Assembly: GCA_016840425.1 (NCBI GenBank)
Contig: JAEOSI010000092.1
Span: forward strand, 1 to 8,033
Direction: 5' to 3'
Length of the DNA: 8,033 nucleotides
From: Candidatus Wukongarchaeum yapensis
GTDB taxonomy: Archaea; Asgardarchaeota; Wukongarchaeia; Wukongarchaeales; Wukongarchaeaceae
Shown here: positions 6,482 through 8,033 of the stretch, in pieces
Position numbering within the stretch: position 1 is the first letter of the stretch
Layout of the letters: every line of letters begins with the position of its first letter
The notes under the pieces: generated by a model
Told to the model about the DNA's origin: nothing
Databases searched by the model: none
What the model saw: the letters and a program-made list of their open reading frames with translations, nothing else
Position numbers and translations under genes: made by a program

Positions 6482-7570
6482 TTATTTTTCTATGATTGGT
6501 TTTAAGTGATCTTTAATGACTTTTATAGGGTCTTCCATGCGTTTGAGGAGCTCTTTTCCTTTTCTTTGCTTTCTTTTACACTCTTCTTGATTTAATAGAG
6601 CTTCTACGCTTTTTTCAACGACTTTTTGAGGGTCTTTGGAACGTGCTATTAAACCCTCCTCTATCAAGTATTTTTCCACCGTGGTTGTCTCTCTAGGAAA
6701 ATAAGAGATTGTTGGAACCCCTAAAAGGGCAGCTTCAGCATTCATCGTACCTCCGCCTCCTATGAAAAGATCTGTTTTTAAAAGCAGACTCGCTGCATCT
6801 ATGTTTCGGGAGAGAATTATTGCTTTTTTACCTATTTTTTCTTTAAACATTTTATAGTCTTCATAACGGGGCATAACAATTATTTGGCATTTCAAAAGGC
6901 GTTTACTGCACGTTTTTATTAGTTCTGAAACGATTTTCAGCGTCAATCCCTCCTCTATGTTGGAAAGATAGGCGGCACGGCTTTCTTCAGCCCTTATAAC
7001 CACGATAAAATCTTCTTTTTGTTCTTTTATTCCCACTTGAGATAGGATAGCAGGATCAGGGTTAAAATCTTTTAACCACGCTACAGGATCAAGAGCATCA
7101 TACTGTACTATATCTTCAGGAGCGATACCAAAATAGGTAAACTCCTCTTTAGGTATCATCTTAGGTGTAAAAAGAAGAGAAGATAAGGGAAGTGTAAGCT
7201 TACTTACCGCCGTTGCATGGGGAGAATCACTAACACAGGCATGAGGTATTCCCAAACCAAAAGCCGCCCTCGCTGCTTCTGGCGAAGAAAAAGAAATTGC
7301 ACTTTTCACCCTCATTTTCTTAAGGAAACGTGTTAGGATGAGGGTTCTTTCGATACTTGAAACCAGTTTTTCCTCAAGAGTTTCTCCATGTTTACCAATA
7401 ACTGTTGCCCGCAAATTTTTAAGTTTAAGCTGTTGTAAAGCCTCCCTATAATGGCGAGTGGTTATCCATACCTTTAACCCCTCCCCCTCATAATCTTTAA
7501 TAAGCCTGTAAAAAAATAACGCTTGTTTAGGCGTAAGAACATCTACCCATAAATCGATAACCAAAACCAA
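6482..7570 (-). CDS. DUF354 family protein (predicted GT-B fold glycosyltransferase-like)
   Basis: N-terminal WVDVLTPKQALFF, IGKHG, SFSSPEAARAAFGLGIP and GGGGTMNAEAALLGVPTIS; GGAG SD before the TTG. Confidence 0.88.
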   Translation of the reverse strand: MVLVIDLWVDVLTPKQALFFYRLIKDYEGEGLKVWITTRHYREALQQLKLKNLRATVIGKHGETLEEKLVSSIERTLILTRFLKKMRVKSAISFSSPEAARAAFGLGIPHACVSDSPHATAVSKLTLPLSSLLFTPKMIPKEEFTYFGIAPEDIVQYDALDPVAWLKDFNPDPAILSQVGIKEQKEDFIVVIRAEESRAAYLSNIEEGLTLKIVSELIKTCSKRLLKCQIIVMPRYEDYKMFKEKIGKKAIILSRNIDAASLLLKTDLFIGGGGTMNAEAALLGVPTISYFPRETTTVEKYLIEEGLIARSKDPQKVVEKSVEALLNQEECKRKQRKGKELLKRMEDPIKVIKDHLKPIIEK

Positions 7571-7658
7571 TTCGCTCCAGTCACGGTTTTAAAGCGTTCT
7601 ATCAAAAACTAAATTAAAGAACTAAAATATATCAGTATTTATTTATAGGTGATGATTT

Positions 7659-8033
7659 TTGAGTTTAAAAGTTGCTGTCTTGGGCGTTGGTAGGTGGGGT
7701 AAAAATCACGTTAGAAACCTTAAAAAGCTGCAGACAGAAGGAGAAATAAGCGAGATTTTAATATGCGATATAAGCCTTGAAGAGGCTAAAAATGTCGCAA
7801 AAAGATATGGAATAGGGGAGGAGAACGTTTACTCATCGGTAACAGATTTGATAGAAAAAGGGCGACCGGATTGCGCTATAATCGCGGTTCCTACAATGTT
7901 GCATGCGAAGGTCGCTTTAGAACTACTCCCTCACGTCGATGTTTTTGTAGAAAAGCCTATAACAAGTACTATGGAGGAGGCAGATACGATCCTTATAGAA
8001 GCAAAAAAACATGAAAGGATCGTTCAGGTAGGA
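7659..8033 (+). CDS. Gfo/Idh/MocA family NAD-dependent oxidoreductase, 3'-truncated at the window edge
   Basis: Own translation: MSLKVAVLGVGRWGKNHVRNL...DCAIIAVPTMLHAKVA...DVFVEKPITST...IVQVG, with Rossmann GxGxWG and EKP motifs; SD GGTGAT at 7648-7653; 125 open codons to the edge. Confidence 0.93.
   Translation, partial: MSLKVAVLGVGRWGKNHVRNLKKLQTEGEISEILICDISLEEAKNVAKRYGIGEENVYSSVTDLIEKGRPDCAIIAVPTMLHAKVALELLPHVDVFVEKPITSTMEEADTILIEAKKHERIVQVG

Noticed and set aside
1-8033. CRISPR array, tRNA/rRNA, IS or integrase
   Set aside because: No regularly spaced repeats, cloverleaf or GC-rich structural RNA, transposase motifs or terminal inverted repeats were seen.

Overview
AT-rich archaeal chromosomal window (frequent TTG starts, GGTGA/GGAG-type SD sites, TATA/oligo-T signals); the lineage cannot be fixed from sequence alone. 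Left: a minus-strand redox operon, a CVWC glutaredoxin-like protein followed by a ferredoxin:thioredoxin-reductase catalytic domain fused to a C-terminal rubredoxin-like domain (resembling the Methanosarcina methanoredoxin/FDR pair). Next is a ~770-bp 'intergenic' stretch hiding a 50-bp decayed copy of the FTR 5' end, an uncalled 37-aa single-TM ORF and three phased 10-bp repeats. The rest is a surface-glycosylation locus: DegT-type sugar aminotransferase, AglH/GPT-type GT4 phosphotransferase with a coupled 2-TM protein, DUF354 protein and a Gfo/Idh/MocA dehydrogenase that runs off the right edge and is absent from the ORF track. Inserted in this locus is a ~1.03-kb tandem duplication encoding two KaiC/RAD55-like proteins with no Walker A motif (~65% aa identity, near-identical DNA at both ends, diverged centre). 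The duplication also copied the aminotransferase promoter region and first six codons. No rRNA, tRNA, CRISPR array or mobile element was seen.
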